Origin: Burkholderiales bacterium | GTDB taxonomy: Bacteria > Pseudomonadota > Gammaproteobacteria > Burkholderiales > SG8-39 | Assembly: GCA_035637655.1 (NCBI GenBank) | Contig: DASPWT010000207.1 | Location: forward strand, 1,347-65,346 | DNA: 64,000 nucleotides | Direction of reading: 5' to 3' | Shown here: piece after piece, positions 22,889-33,304 of the stretch | How positions within the stretch are numbered: position 1 is the first letter of the stretch | Layout of the letters: each line of letters begins with the position of its first letter | Made by a program: the position numbers and the translations under genes | The notes under the pieces: model-generated | What the model saw: the letters and a program-made list of their open reading frames with translations, nothing else | Told to the model about the DNA's origin: nothing | The model's database searches: none

Positions 22889-22977
22889 GTCAGGGAAGCC
22901 TGGACCTGGGCTTTCGGGGCGGGTGCTAAAATCGCACAAATCAGCGGCGAAGGCAATTCTTTGTTTCAGGAGGATTT

Positions 22978-23976
22978 TTGGACCGCCTAGAGCAATTGCG
23001 GGGGTGGCTGGCGGCAACCCTCGGAAGCGACGATTTCAGCATCGCGCCCGCCTCGGACGACGCGAGCTTCCGGCGTTATCTCCGGATCCGACGCGGCGCG
23101 GGGCAAGCGTCACTCGTCGCGATGGACGCGCCGCCCGACAAGGAGAACTGTGCGCCGTTCGTGCATGTTGCGCGTCTCCTCGCCGAAGCCGGCGTACACG
23201 TGCCCAAGATCCATGCGCAGGACCTCGAACAGGGCTTTCTGCTGCTTTCGGATCTGGGCAGCACGACTTATCTGGATGCGCTCGACGAGCACAACGCCGG
23301 AAAGCTCTACGAAGACGCGCTAGCCGCACTGTTCAAGATTCAGCGGGCGAGCCGCCCCGGGTTGCTGCCCGATTACGACAGAGAATTGCTCGAGAAGGAA
23401 TTGCGCCTTTTCCCCGACTGGTACATAGCGCGCCAGCTGCAGCGCGAGCTCGACGCGGCACAGCTCCAGACCCTGGAGAGAGCGTTTTCGACGATCCTCG
23501 GGAACAACCTCGCGCAGGCGCGGGTGTTCGTACACCGCGACTACCATTCCCGCAACCTCATGGTCTGCGAGCCTTGCCCGGGAATTCTCGATTTTCAGGA
23601 CGCGGTGTACGGCCCGATCACCTACGACCTCGTTTCGCTCCTGCGCGACGCCTACATCGCCTGGGACGAGGAACGCGTCATCGATTGGGCGATCCGTTAT
23701 TGGGAGAGGGCCCGAGCCGGGGGGCTGCCGGTCGCCGGCGATTTCGCGGATTTCTACCGGGATTTCGAATGGATGGGAGCCCAGCGACAGCTCAAGGTGC
23801 TGGGGATCTTCGCGCGTCTTTCCTTTCGGGACGGCAAGAGCGGCTATCTGAAGGACCAGCCGCTCGTGATGAGCTACCTGCGGCGCACCTGCGCGCGTTA
23901 TCGCGAGCTTGCCGCGCTCGGGCGTCTGCTCGAGGAGCTCGAGCCCCAGGACAAGCGCGTTGGCTACACGTTCTGA
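22978..23976 (+). CDS. amgK: N-acetylmuramate/N-acetylglucosamine kinase (aminoglycoside-phosphotransferase fold)
   Basis: APH-type catalytic loop VHRDYHSRNLMV. TTG start preceded by a GGAGG RBS. Divergent from lptD and followed by murU, as in Pseudomonas. Confidence 0.7.
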   Translation: MDRLEQLRGWLAATLGSDDFSIAPASDDASFRRYLRIRRGAGQASLVAMDAPPDKENCAPFVHVARLLAEAGVHVPKIHAQDLEQGFLLLSDLGSTTYLDALDEHNAGKLYEDALAALFKIQRASRPGLLPDYDRELLEKELRLFPDWYIARQLQRELDAAQLQTLERAFSTILGNNLAQARVFVHRDYHSRNLMVCEPCPGILDFQDAVYGPITYDLVSLLRDAYIAWDEERVIDWAIRYWERARAGGLPVAGDFADFYRDFEWMGAQRQLKVLGIFARLSFRDGKSGYLKDQPLVMSYLRRTCARYRELAALGRLLEELEPQDKRVGYTF

Positions 23977-23982
23977 TTTCGA

Positions 23983-24651
23983 ATGATGAAAGCGATGATT
24001 CTTGCCGCAGGGCGCGGCGAACGCATGAGGCCCCTCAGCGACGCGGTCCCCAAGGTGCTTCTCGTCGTGCGCGGCAAGTCTCTGATCGCCTGGTCGATCG
24101 AGGCGCTCGCGCGCTCGGGCGTTCGCGAGATCGTGATCAATCACGCGCATCTCGGTCACATGATCGAAGCCGCGCTCGGCGATGGACGCCGCTTCGGCGT
24201 CGCGATCCGCTACTCGCGCGAAGCCGAGGCGCTCGAAACCGCGGGCGGAATTGCACAGGCGCTTCCCCTGCTCGGCGACGAGCCGTTCGTCGCCGTCAAC
24301 GGCGACCTCTTCTGCGACTTCGACTTCTCCGGCCTCATCGGGACTGCGCTGAAGCAAAATCTCGCGCACCTGGTGCTGGTCGCGAATCCGCCGCATCACC
24401 CGCAAGGCGACTTCGCGCTGAACGGCACGCAGGTCGCCGAAGCGGGACAATCCAAGCTCACCTTCAGCGGCATAGGTCTTTACCGCCCGGAGCTCTTCTC
24501 GAGCATCAGGCCGGGTTCCAAGGGGCAGATTGCCTCGCTCCTGCGTGCGGCGATGGCGCGCGGGCTGGTCTCCGGCGAGGTGCATCGCGGCATCTGGCAC
24601 GACGTCGGCACGCCCGCGCGGCTTTCCGCGTTGAACGAGCGCGTCGCTTGA
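23983..24651 (+). CDS. murU: N-acetylmuramate alpha-1-phosphate uridylyltransferase
   Basis: NTP-transferase signature MILAAGRGERMRPLSD. Paired with amgK. Confidence 0.7.
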   Translation: MMKAMILAAGRGERMRPLSDAVPKVLLVVRGKSLIAWSIEALARSGVREIVINHAHLGHMIEAALGDGRRFGVAIRYSREAEALETAGGIAQALPLLGDEPFVAVNGDLFCDFDFSGLIGTALKQNLAHLVLVANPPHHPQGDFALNGTQVAEAGQSKLTFSGIGLYRPELFSSIRPGSKGQIASLLRAAMARGLVSGEVHRGIWHDVGTPARLSALNERVA

Positions 24652-24683
24652 TCGTCGCCGCAAAGCGGACGACAATCGCGGCA

Positions 24684-25997
24684 ATGGACACCGCCAGCAA
24701 TCTTTCGCGCTGCGCCGAGCGCCGTCACGCGCTGCAGTTGCGCATGGGGAAGGGCGCCGCGATCATTCCGACCGCACCGGAACGCATCCGCAATCGCGAC
24801 AGCGATTACCTTTACCGATTCGACAGCTATTTCTACTACCTGAGCGGGTTCCCCGAGCCCGAGGCGGTGCTGGTCCTCCTCGCGGGAGAGGAGCCCAGAT
24901 CGATTCTCTTCTGCCGCGAGCGCAATCCGGAGCGCGAGCTCTGGGAAGGCGTCCGCAACGGCCCCGAGGGCGCAAGGGCCGCCTTTGGTTTCGATGAGGC
25001 CTATCCCGTGGAGTCGCTCGACGAGCACATGCCGAAGCTCCTCGCCGATCAGCCTGCGCTTTACTACGCCCCCGGGGCCGACGCGGGTTGGGACGCGCGC
25101 ATCATGGGATGGCTGAATCAAGTCCGGGCGCAGGCGCGCGCGGGCGTCACCGCGCCTGCCGAAATCCGCGATGTGCGCGCCGCGCTCGACGACATGCGCC
25201 TGATCAAGGACGACGGCGAGCTCGCCGTGATGCGCCGCGCGGCGGCGATCTCGGCTGCCGCCCACGAACGCGCGATGCGCGCGACCCGCCCTGGACGCAG
25301 CGAATACGAGATCGAGGCGGAGCTTCTCTACGAGTTTCGCCGCCGCGGCGCGCAGTATCCCGCGTACTGGCCTATCGTTGCCGGAGGAGCCAACGCCTGC
25401 ATCCTGCATTACCGCGACAACAACGCGCGGCTCGCCGACGGGGATCTTTTGCTGATCGACGCGGGTTGTGAACTGGACGGATACGCCTCGGATGTGACGC
25501 GGACTTTCCCCGTGAGTGGAAAATTCAGCGGCCCGCAGAAGGACGTCTACGAGCTGGTGCTCGCAGCGCAAACCGCGGCGATCGCGACGGTAAAGCCGGG
25601 GAGCCGCTGGGACGATCCGCACAGTGCCGCGGTGGGGACGCTCGCTCAAGGATTCCTGGATTTGGGACTGTGCCGCGGGACGCTCGAAAAGGTGCTCGAG
25701 ACCGAGGATTACAAGCGCTTCTACATGCACCGCACCGGACATTGGCTCGGCCTGGATGTCCATGATGCCGGAGAGTACAAATCGGGCGGGGAATGGCGCC
25801 GCCTCGAGCCGGGCATGACCTTGACAGTAGAACCGGGCTGCTACATCCGGCCAGCCGACGACGTACCTCGGCAATTCTGGAACACGGGCGTGCGCATCGA
25901 GGACGACGTTGTCGTAACGCCCTCGGGGTGCGAAGTATTGACCGCAGCTGCACCGAAATCGGTCCGGGATATGGAGGCCCTGGTTGGTCGTGGCTGA
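24684..25997 (+). CDS. pepP: Xaa-Pro aminopeptidase
   Basis: M24B motifs DAGCELDGYASDVTRT, HRTGHWLGLDVHD and VRIEDDVVVT. Only the last 438 codons of track ORF 22887..25997 are real. Confidence 0.95.
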   Translation: MDTASNLSRCAERRHALQLRMGKGAAIIPTAPERIRNRDSDYLYRFDSYFYYLSGFPEPEAVLVLLAGEEPRSILFCRERNPERELWEGVRNGPEGARAAFGFDEAYPVESLDEHMPKLLADQPALYYAPGADAGWDARIMGWLNQVRAQARAGVTAPAEIRDVRAALDDMRLIKDDGELAVMRRAAAISAAAHERAMRATRPGRSEYEIEAELLYEFRRRGAQYPAYWPIVAGGANACILHYRDNNARLADGDLLLIDAGCELDGYASDVTRTFPVSGKFSGPQKDVYELVLAAQTAAIATVKPGSRWDDPHSAAVGTLAQGFLDLGLCRGTLEKVLETEDYKRFYMHRTGHWLGLDVHDAGEYKSGGEWRRLEPGMTLTVEPGCYIRPADDVPRQFWNTGVRIEDDVVVTPSGCEVLTAAAPKSVRDMEALVGRG

Positions 25998-27114
25998 GCT
26001 GCCGAAGGTCGATGTCGCCATTGCCGGCGGCGGACCGGTCGGCTGTGCATTGGCGCTTGCCCTGTCCGGGAGCGCGGTCTCCGTCGCTCGGATCGCCGGC
26101 GAAGCCGATTTCGCAGATCGACCCATTGCCCTGTCCTACGGTTCTCGCCTGATCCTGGAGCGCCTGGGCGCATGGGCCTCCATCCGAAACAGCCCGATCG
26201 AAACCATCCATGTTTCCCAGCAGGGTTTCGGCAGAACCGTAATGCGGTGCGCTGACCACGGCTTGCCCGCGCTGGGATACGTAACTGCATACTCCGAGCT
26301 CGTTGCGCAGCTTGCGGGCCGCACCCCCGCAAGTGCGGAATCCTTGAGGAACTGGAAATCGGCTGACAATGAAGTTGTCCTGCACCTGTCCCGCGGCGAA
26401 AAGGAGCGAGGCATGCGCGCCCGGGTGCTCGTGCTCGCCGATGGCGGCCACAATCGCCACACCCGGCATGTGAGGGATTATCGGCAGCAGGCCATCGTGG
26501 CTGAAGTCACGGCCGAGCACCCGCGAGGCGGGGTCGCCTGGGAACGCTTCACCGCCGAAGGGCCGCTCGCTTTGCTCCCATTCGGGGACCGCTACGCGCT
26601 GGTCTGGAGCGTGCGCCCGGTGAGCGCCGCCGTGTTGCTCGGGCTGACTGATTCGGATTTCCTCGCGCGCCTGCGTGAAATCTTTGGCGGAAGGCTCGGA
26701 GATTTCGATTCGGTCGGCCCCCGCTCGACCTTCCCGCTTTCGCTGCGTCATGGCAGGACCGCTCCCGCACCCAGAGTTCTTGCGATCGGAAACGCCGCGC
26801 AAACGCTGCACCCGGTGGCCGGCCAGGGACTCAATCTCGGCCTGCGCGACGCGTGGGAACTGGCTCAGATGTTGCTTGACTTTTCGAAGGAAGAAATTGG
26901 CTCGCCCCGTTTTCTCGCTCGCTACGCCCGTAGTCGCAGTTTCGACCGCTACGCCGGAATCGGGTTCACCGATTTTCTCGTGAAGATATTCTCGAATTCC
27001 CTTGCGCCGCTCGCGCTGGCACGCGGCGCGGGCCTGGCCGTGCTCGACGCTGTGCCGCCCGCGCGGCGTTTTCTCGCCCGCCGCATGATCTTCGGGGCTC
27101 GCGCGCTACCCTGA
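25984..27114 (+). CDS. ubiH: 2-octaprenyl-6-methoxyphenol hydroxylase (UbiH family)
   Basis: VAIAGGGPVGCALA FAD fingerprint and GNAAQTLHPVAGQGLNLGLRD. pepP-ubiH adjacency is as in E. coli and Pseudomonas. Start is TTG 25984 or GTG 25990. Confidence 0.85.
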   Translation: MVVAELPKVDVAIAGGGPVGCALALALSGSAVSVARIAGEADFADRPIALSYGSRLILERLGAWASIRNSPIETIHVSQQGFGRTVMRCADHGLPALGYVTAYSELVAQLAGRTPASAESLRNWKSADNEVVLHLSRGEKERGMRARVLVLADGGHNRHTRHVRDYRQQAIVAEVTAEHPRGGVAWERFTAEGPLALLPFGDRYALVWSVRPVSAAVLLGLTDSDFLARLREIFGGRLGDFDSVGPRSTFPLSLRHGRTAPAPRVLAIGNAAQTLHPVAGQGLNLGLRDAWELAQMLLDFSKEEIGSPRFLARYARSRSFDRYAGIGFTDFLVKIFSNSLAPLALARGAGLAVLDAVPPARRFLARRMIFGARALP

Positions 27115-27263
27115 ACGGCGTGGCGCTGTTTCTGCGCTGCGGTAAAAACAAAAAATCCGCCGTCAACCTCTTTTTTTGTTGCGCGAAGCGCTGGAGCGCT
27201 TCCCTAAGCGCTCATGTTTAGGTATAGAATTGCGCTCCGCCCGAAAAATTTCCGTGATCGTCG

Positions 27264-28271
27264 ATGCGAATCGGTTCGCGCAGCTTGCGCAATAATCTTT
27301 TTGTCGCGCCGATGGCCGGGGTCACGGATCGCCCCTTCCGGCAGCTGTGCAAGAAATTCGGCGCGGGCCTGGCCGTATCCGAGATGGTGGCCTCGAACTC
27401 GTTGCTGTGGGGCAGCGAGAAAACGCGCCGCCGCGCCAATCACGAAGGCGAAGTCGAGCCGATCTCGGTACAGATCGCCGGGGCCGACCCGGCCATGATG
27501 GCCGAGGCCGCGCGCTTCAACGTGGAGCGGGGCGCGCAGATCGTCGACATCAATATGGGCTGCCCGGCGAAGAAAGTCTGCAACACCCTGGCCGGGTCCG
27601 CGCTCCTCAAGGATGAGCCCCTGGTCGCGCACATTCTCAAGGCCGTAGTGAGGGCGGTGAATGTTCCCGTCACGCTGAAGTTCCGCACCGGATGGGATCC
27701 GGTCAACAAGAACGCTCTGAAGGTCGCGAAGATCGCCGAAGACAGCGGCGTACAGCTGTTGTCCCTGCACGGCCGCACCCGCGCGTGCGGCTTCTCGGGC
27801 CGGGCCGAGTACGACACGATCCGCGAAGTCAAACGCTCTACGCGCTTGCCCGTGGTGGCAAACGGCGACATAACGACGCCCGAGGAAGCGAAGCATGTGC
27901 TCGAGTACACGGGCGCCGACGGGATCATGATCGGTCGCGCCGCTCAAGGGCGTCCCTGGATCTTCCGCGAGATCGGGCATTATCTTTCAACGGGCGAGAA
28001 ACTCCCTCACCCCCTCGTCTCCGAAATCCATGCCGTGTTGCTCGCGCATCTGCGTGAGCTCTACGCGTTCTATGGCGCAGAAACGGGGGTCAAGGTCGCG
28101 CGCAAGCATATCTCCTGGTACACCAAGGGGCTCGCCGGTTCGGCGAGCTTCCGGCACCACATGAATCAGCTTGAAACCTGCGAAGAGCAACTCGACGCGG
28201 TCAATCGTTTCTTCGAGCAGTTCGGGCGCGAGAATCTGCGCTTGCGCTATGAAGTGGAGCTGGCGGCATGA
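27264..28271 (+). CDS. dusB: tRNA-dihydrouridine synthase B
   Basis: LFVAPMAGVTDRPFRQLC and NMGCPAKKV motifs. Followed by fis. Confidence 0.95.
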   Translation: MRIGSRSLRNNLFVAPMAGVTDRPFRQLCKKFGAGLAVSEMVASNSLLWGSEKTRRRANHEGEVEPISVQIAGADPAMMAEAARFNVERGAQIVDINMGCPAKKVCNTLAGSALLKDEPLVAHILKAVVRAVNVPVTLKFRTGWDPVNKNALKVAKIAEDSGVQLLSLHGRTRACGFSGRAEYDTIREVKRSTRLPVVANGDITTPEEAKHVLEYTGADGIMIGRAAQGRPWIFREIGHYLSTGEKLPHPLVSEIHAVLLAHLRELYAFYGAETGVKVARKHISWYTKGLAGSASFRHHMNQLETCEEQLDAVNRFFEQFGRENLRLRYEVELAA

Positions 28272-28507
28272 GGCAGACAAACGAGATCGCGGACTGTGTC
28301 CGCCGGTCTCTGGAGCGGTACTTCAAGGACCTCGACGGCGCAAAGCCACGCGCCATCTACGACATGGTGCTCAAGAACGTCGAGCGTCCGATGCTCGAGC
28401 TCGTGCTCGACCGGGCTGAAGGGAATCAGTCCATCGCCGCGGAGATGCTCGGGATCAACCGCAATACCCTGCGAAAGAAAATCCAGTCGCTCAAAATAAA
28501 GATGTAA
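28268..28507 (+). CDS. fis: Fis family DNA-binding protein
   Basis: 79 aa with C-terminal HTH GNQSIAAEMLGINRNTLRKKI. ATGA overlap with dusB. Confidence 0.9.
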   Translation: MRQTNEIADCVRRSLERYFKDLDGAKPRAIYDMVLKNVERPMLELVLDRAEGNQSIAAEMLGINRNTLRKKIQSLKIKM

Positions 28508-28510
28508 ACG

Positions 28511-30073
28511 GTGATTCCCATCCGGACGGCGCTGGTCAGCGTATCCGATAAGAGCGGCCTTGCCGAGTTTGCGCGCGGCCTCGCCCGGTTCAAGGTCAAG
28601 ATCCTGTCGACGGGCGGCACGGCGAAACTTCTGGCCGAGCAGGGCCTCCTCGTAACCGAGGTGGCCGACTACACCGGCTTCCCGGAAATGCTCGACGGGC
28701 GGGTGAAAACCCTGCACCCGAAACTGCACGCCGGCATACTCGCCCGGCGCGATTCCCCCGCGCACCTGGCAGCGATCGAGGCGGCAGGTATCGAGCCGAT
28801 TGATCTCGTCGTCGTCAACCTTTATCCGTTCGCACGAACCGTCGCGAAACCGAATTGCACTCTCGCCGAGGCGCTCGAGAACATCGACGTCGGGGGCCCC
28901 AGCATGCTGCGCGCAGGGGCCAAGAACTATGCAGGCGTTGCGGTGGTGACCGATCCGTCCGACTATTCAAACCTGCTCGCGGAGATGGGGGAGCGCGGCG
29001 GCGCCTTGAGCGAGGGCACGCGCTTCGCTCTGGCCCAGAAGGCGTTCGCCCACAGCGCGGCGTACGAGGCCGCAATCGGCAACTACCTCACCGGACTCGC
29101 GCGTGACGGGAAACGTGCGCCGTTCCCGGGGCGCCTTACGCTTCAGTTCGAAAAGGTGCAGGACCTGCGCTACGGCGAAAACCCGCATCAGGCAGCGGCC
29201 TTCTATCGCGACGGCAATCTGACTCCGGGCGGCATCGCCGGCACCACCCAGATTCAGGGCAAGGAGCTGTCGTACAACAACATCGCCGACGCCGACGCGG
29301 CCTGGGAATGCGTGAAGACCTTGGATGAGCCGGCCTGCGTGATCGTCAAGCACGCCAATCCTTGCGGCGCCGCGATCGGAGCCTCACCCCGTGAGGCGTA
29401 CGAGCGCGCCTTTGCCACCGACCCCACGGCAGCATTCGGGGGCATCGTCGCCTTCAACCATGAGCTCGACGCCGCGACGGCAGGCGCGGTATCCAAACAG
29501 TTCGTCGAGGTCGTGATCGCGCCCGCATTCGACGCCGAAGCGCGACGGATCTTTGCCGCCAAAGCCAACGTACGGGTGATGTCGGTGAGCCTGGCGCGCG
29601 CCGCACAGGCATACGACTTCAAACGCATCGGAGGCGGGTTGCTGGTGCAATCCCCTGACGCGCGCAACGAGCAGACGTCGGACCTTCGCACCGTCACCAG
29701 GCTCGAGCCTACCCAGGCGCAAATCGCCGATTTGCTGTTCGCCTGGCGCGTGGCGAAGTACGTCAAGTCGAACGCCATCGTGTTCTGCGCGCGCGGCTGT
29801 ACGCTGGGCATCGGCGCTGGCCAGATGAGCCGCATAGACGCCGCCCGTGTTGCCGCGCTCAAGGCGCAAAATGCGGGGTTGTCGCTCGCGGGATCGGTGG
29901 TTGCCTCGGACGCATTCTTTCCGTTTCGCGACGGCGTGGACGTCGTCGCCCAGGCCGGCGCCAAGGCCGTCATCCAGCCCGGGGGCAGCATGCGCGACGA
30001 CGAAGTCATCGCGGCCGCCGACGAGCTTGGAATCGCCATGGTGTTCACAGGCGTGCGGCATTTCCGGCATTGA
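28511..30073 (+). CDS. purH: bifunctional AICAR transformylase / IMP cyclohydrolase
   Basis: [14 protein letters not shown]-like N-domain and the C-terminal AICARFT domain ending FTGVRHFRH. Confidence 0.95.
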   Translation: MIPIRTALVSVSDKSGLAEFARGLARFKVKILSTGGTAKLLAEQGLLVTEVADYTGFPEMLDGRVKTLHPKLHAGILARRDSPAHLAAIEAAGIEPIDLVVVNLYPFARTVAKPNCTLAEALENIDVGGPSMLRAGAKNYAGVAVVTDPSDYSNLLAEMGERGGALSEGTRFALAQKAFAHSAAYEAAIGNYLTGLARDGKRAPFPGRLTLQFEKVQDLRYGENPHQAAAFYRDGNLTPGGIAGTTQIQGKELSYNNIADADAAWECVKTLDEPACVIVKHANPCGAAIGASPREAYERAFATDPTAAFGGIVAFNHELDAATAGAVSKQFVEVVIAPAFDAEARRIFAAKANVRVMSVSLARAAQAYDFKRIGGGLLVQSPDARNEQTSDLRTVTRLEPTQAQIADLLFAWRVAKYVKSNAIVFCARGCTLGIGAGQMSRIDAARVAALKAQNAGLSLAGSVVASDAFFPFRDGVDVVAQAGAKAVIQPGGSMRDDEVIAAADELGIAMVFTGVRHFRH

Positions 30074-30076
30074 TGC

Positions 30077-31354
30077 ATGAAGCTTCTGGTCATCGGTTCC
30101 GGCGGCAGGGAACACGCGATCGCGTGGCGCCTGGCGCAAAGCCCGCGAGTGCAAAAAATCTTCATCGCCCCGGGCAATGGCGGCACCGCGCGCGAGGCCG
30201 GCCTGGAGAACGTGGCGATCTCGGGGATCGACAAGCTGGCCGAATTTGCGCTGGCCGAAAATATTCACCTCACCGTGGTGGGACCCGAGGCACCGCTTGC
30301 CGACGGTATCGTCGATCTGTTCCGTTCCAGGGGGCTGCGGATCCTCGGTCCGACTCAGGCGTGCGCCCGGCTGGAGAGCTCCAAGCAGTTCGCCAAGGAA
30401 TTCATGACCCGGTACAGGATCCCCACGGCGGAATTTTCGAGCTTCGACGCAGCTCACGCCGCGCACGCCTACATCGAGGCGCACGGCACGCCCGTCGTCG
30501 TGAAGGCCGACGGCCTCGCCGCGGGAAAGGGCGTGATCGTCGCCATGAGCGCGGACGAAGCCCATCGTGCAATCGAGCAATTTCTCGTCGAGCGTACGAT
30601 GGGCGCCGCGGGCAACCGCGTCGTGATCGAAGAATTCCTGGAAGGCGAAGAGGCGAGCTTCATCGTGTTGGCGGACGGCGAGCACGTGCTCCCGCTTGCG
30701 ACCAGCCAGGACCACAAGCGTCTCAGGGACGGCGACCGGGGGCCCAACACCGGCGGCATGGGCGCGTATTCTCCGGCGCCGGTCGTGACCCCCGAGCTGC
30801 ACGCGCGAGTGGTGCGCGAAATCATCCAGCCCGTGCTCGCAGGAATGACCGAGGAAGGCCACCGCTACACCGGGTTCCTCTACGCCGGCCTCATGATCGA
30901 CAGCACCGGCAACCCCCGGGTGTTGGAATTCAACTGCCGCCTCGGCGATCCTGAAACGCAGCCGATTCTGCTGCGTTTGAAAAGCGACCTGTTCGAGTTA
31001 ATCGAGAGCGCCATGGAGGGCAGGCTCGACCACGTCAAGGCGGAATGGGACCGCCGCGCCGCGCTGGGGGTGGTTCTCGCGGCCTCGGGTTATCCGGACG
31101 CCCCGGAAAAGGGCCACGTCGTAACGGGACTACCGGCGGCGCGAGAAGACTTCCGGGTGTTTCACTCGGGCACCGCGCTCAAAGACGGCGCCATCGTCAC
31201 CAACGGCGGGCGCGTGCTGTGCGTGACTGCTCTTGGGGATTCTATCAAGATGGCGCAGCGGCGCGCCTACGAAGTGGCGGAGGGAATCCGTTTTGACGGC
31301 ATGCAGTACCGGCGCGACATCGGGCACCGCGCCGTTGCCACACGAAGGCTTTGA
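30077..31354 (+). CDS. purD: phosphoribosylamine--glycine ligase
   Basis: MKLLVIGSGGREHAIAWRL N-terminus and an ATP-grasp core. Confidence 0.95.
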   Translation: MKLLVIGSGGREHAIAWRLAQSPRVQKIFIAPGNGGTAREAGLENVAISGIDKLAEFALAENIHLTVVGPEAPLADGIVDLFRSRGLRILGPTQACARLESSKQFAKEFMTRYRIPTAEFSSFDAAHAAHAYIEAHGTPVVVKADGLAAGKGVIVAMSADEAHRAIEQFLVERTMGAAGNRVVIEEFLEGEEASFIVLADGEHVLPLATSQDHKRLRDGDRGPNTGGMGAYSPAPVVTPELHARVVREIIQPVLAGMTEEGHRYTGFLYAGLMIDSTGNPRVLEFNCRLGDPETQPILLRLKSDLFELIESAMEGRLDHVKAEWDRRAALGVVLAASGYPDAPEKGHVVTGLPAAREDFRVFHSGTALKDGAIVTNGGRVLCVTALGDSIKMAQRRAYEVAEGIRFDGMQYRRDIGHRAVATRRL

Positions 31355-31372
31355 CCTGCGAAATTCGGTTCG

Positions 31373-32272
31373 ATGAGCCCGGCTGCGGTCCACGCTTACT
31401 TTCTTGAGCTGCAGAACCGCCTCGTCGCGGAGCTGGAGCGCATCGAAGGACGCAGCTTCCGCCGCGACCGATGGCAGCGAAACGAAGGCGGCGGCGAGAG
31501 CTGCATCATCGAGGACGGGGGAGTATTCGAGCGCGGCGGAGTGAATTTCTCCCGGGTACACGGGGAGCGGCTGCCTGCCTCCGCGAGCGCCGCGCGGCCC
31601 GAGGTGCCCGGTCGCGCTTTCGAAGCCATGGGCGTATCGCTGGTACTGCACCCGCGCAATCCCTTTGTCCCCACCGTTCACATGAACATACGGTTCCTGC
31701 TCGCGACCAAGCCGCAAAGCGAGCCGATCTGGTGGTTCGGCGGCGGAATGGACATGACTCCGTATTATGGGTTCGAGGAGGACGCGCGCCACTTTCACTC
31801 CGTATGCCGGCAGGCGCTCGAAGCATTCGGGCCCGAGTACTATCCCCGCTTCAAACGCTGGTGTGACGAGTACTTCTATCTCAAACACCGCAGCGAGCCG
31901 CGCGGCATCGGCGGGATTTTCTTCGATGATTTGAACGAGAGCGGCTTCGATTCGTGCTTCGAGCTTGCCCGCAGCGTCGGCGACCATTTCCTTCCGGCCT
32001 ATCTTCCCGTAATCGAGCGCCGCAAAGGTTCTCCTTACGGCGAGCGCGAGCGCGACTTCCAGGCCTATCGGCGCGGCCGCTACGTCGAATTCAACCTCGT
32101 CTACGACCGGGGGACGCTGTTCGGACTGCAGTCCGGCGGCCGCGCCGAGTCGATATTGATGTCCCTGCCCCCGCTCGTGAAGTGGCGTTATGACTGGAAA
32201 CCGGATCCGTCGAGCGCGGAAGGAATACTCTACCGGGATTTCCTGCGGCCGAGAGATTGGCTTGGCGAATGA
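31373..32272 (+). CDS. hemF: oxygen-dependent coproporphyrinogen-III oxidase
   Basis: [25 protein letters not shown] signature. Confidence 0.95.
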   Translation: MSPAAVHAYFLELQNRLVAELERIEGRSFRRDRWQRNEGGGESCIIEDGGVFERGGVNFSRVHGERLPASASAARPEVPGRAFEAMGVSLVLHPRNPFVPTVHMNIRFLLATKPQSEPIWWFGGGMDMTPYYGFEEDARHFHSVCRQALEAFGPEYYPRFKRWCDEYFYLKHRSEPRGIGGIFFDDLNESGFDSCFELARSVGDHFLPAYLPVIERRKGSPYGERERDFQAYRRGRYVEFNLVYDRGTLFGLQSGGRAESILMSLPPLVKWRYDWKPDPSSAEGILYRDFLRPRDWLGE

Positions 32273-32292
32273 TCATATAGGAGAGGAGCGCG

Positions 32293-33285
32293 ATGGACAC
32301 ACGCAAGCTTGGAAAGAACGGGCCCGCCGTCTCGTCGTTGGGCCTGGGTTGCATGGGAATGACCGGAATCTACGGCGAGCCGAACGACCCCGAGTCGATC
32401 GCGACCATTCACCGCGCCATCGATCTCGGCATCAACCTGATCGTCACCTCGGATGCCTACGGAGCGGGCGCCAACGAGGAGCTAGTCGGGCGCGCGATCA
32501 AAGGCAGACGCGAGCGGGTGCTCCTCGCCACTAAATTCGGGAACGTGGGCCTGAGCGGGTTCAAGCTTCCCGAAGGCCTTTCGGCGGGTCACCCGCGCTA
32601 CGTGCCGCAGGCTTGCGATGCCTCGCTCAAGCGCCTCGGCGTCGAATCGATCGACATCTACGGGCTGCATCGCGTCGACCCCAAGGTGCCGATCGAGGAT
32701 ACCGTGGGCGCAATGAAAAAGCTGGTCGACCAGGGCAAGGTGCGCCATCTCGCGCTTTCCGAGGCGGGCGCGGCGACCCTCCGGCGCGCGCACAAGGTGC
32801 ATGCGCTCGCTGCGCTCGAGACCGAGTACTCGCTGTGGTCGCGCGACGTGGAAAAAGACATCCTCCCCGCCTGCCGCGAGCTCGGCGTCGCCTTCATGGC
32901 GTATTCGCCTCTCGGGCGCGGGTTCCTCACCGCCACGATCAAGACGCTGGACGCGCTCCAGCCCAAGGATCGCCGTCGCGATCATCCACGCTTCACTCCC
33001 GACAACCTCAAACGCAACCTCGCGCTGCTGCAACCGCTCGAATCGATCGCCGCGGCCCACAAGGTCACACCGGCGCAGGTGGCGCTCGCCTGGATGCTCG
33101 CCCAAGGGCAGGATGTCGTACCCATCCCGGGAACGAAACGGCGCAATTACCTGGAGCAAAACGCGGCCGCAACCGGAATCAGGCTGAGCGCAGCGGAAAT
33201 CTCACAACTCGCGACGACGTTTGCTCACGGGGTTGCCTCGGGCACCCGCTATCCGGAGAAGCAGCTCGCCGGGCTCGGCATTTGA
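32293..33285 (+). CDS. aldo/keto reductase
   Basis: LGLGCMGM, SDAYGAGANEELVG and the PIPGTKR motifs of the AKR11/13-like family. Confidence 0.85.
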   Translation: MDTRKLGKNGPAVSSLGLGCMGMTGIYGEPNDPESIATIHRAIDLGINLIVTSDAYGAGANEELVGRAIKGRRERVLLATKFGNVGLSGFKLPEGLSAGHPRYVPQACDASLKRLGVESIDIYGLHRVDPKVPIEDTVGAMKKLVDQGKVRHLALSEAGAATLRRAHKVHALAALETEYSLWSRDVEKDILPACRELGVAFMAYSPLGRGFLTATIKTLDALQPKDRRRDHPRFTPDNLKRNLALLQPLESIAAAHKVTPAQVALAWMLAQGQDVVPIPGTKRRNYLEQNAAATGIRLSAAEISQLATTFAHGVASGTRYPEKQLAGLGI

Positions 33286-33304
33286 ACCTCACCCGGCCGG
33301 GCTT

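Noticed and set aside
22887-25997. 1036-aa ORF, the longest in the track.
   Set aside because: Only the last 438 codons (from ATG 24684) look like a real protein, PepP. The upstream part is Arg/Ala/Pro-rich, low-complexity translation running across amgK and murU in another frame, a typical open shadow frame in GC-rich DNA.
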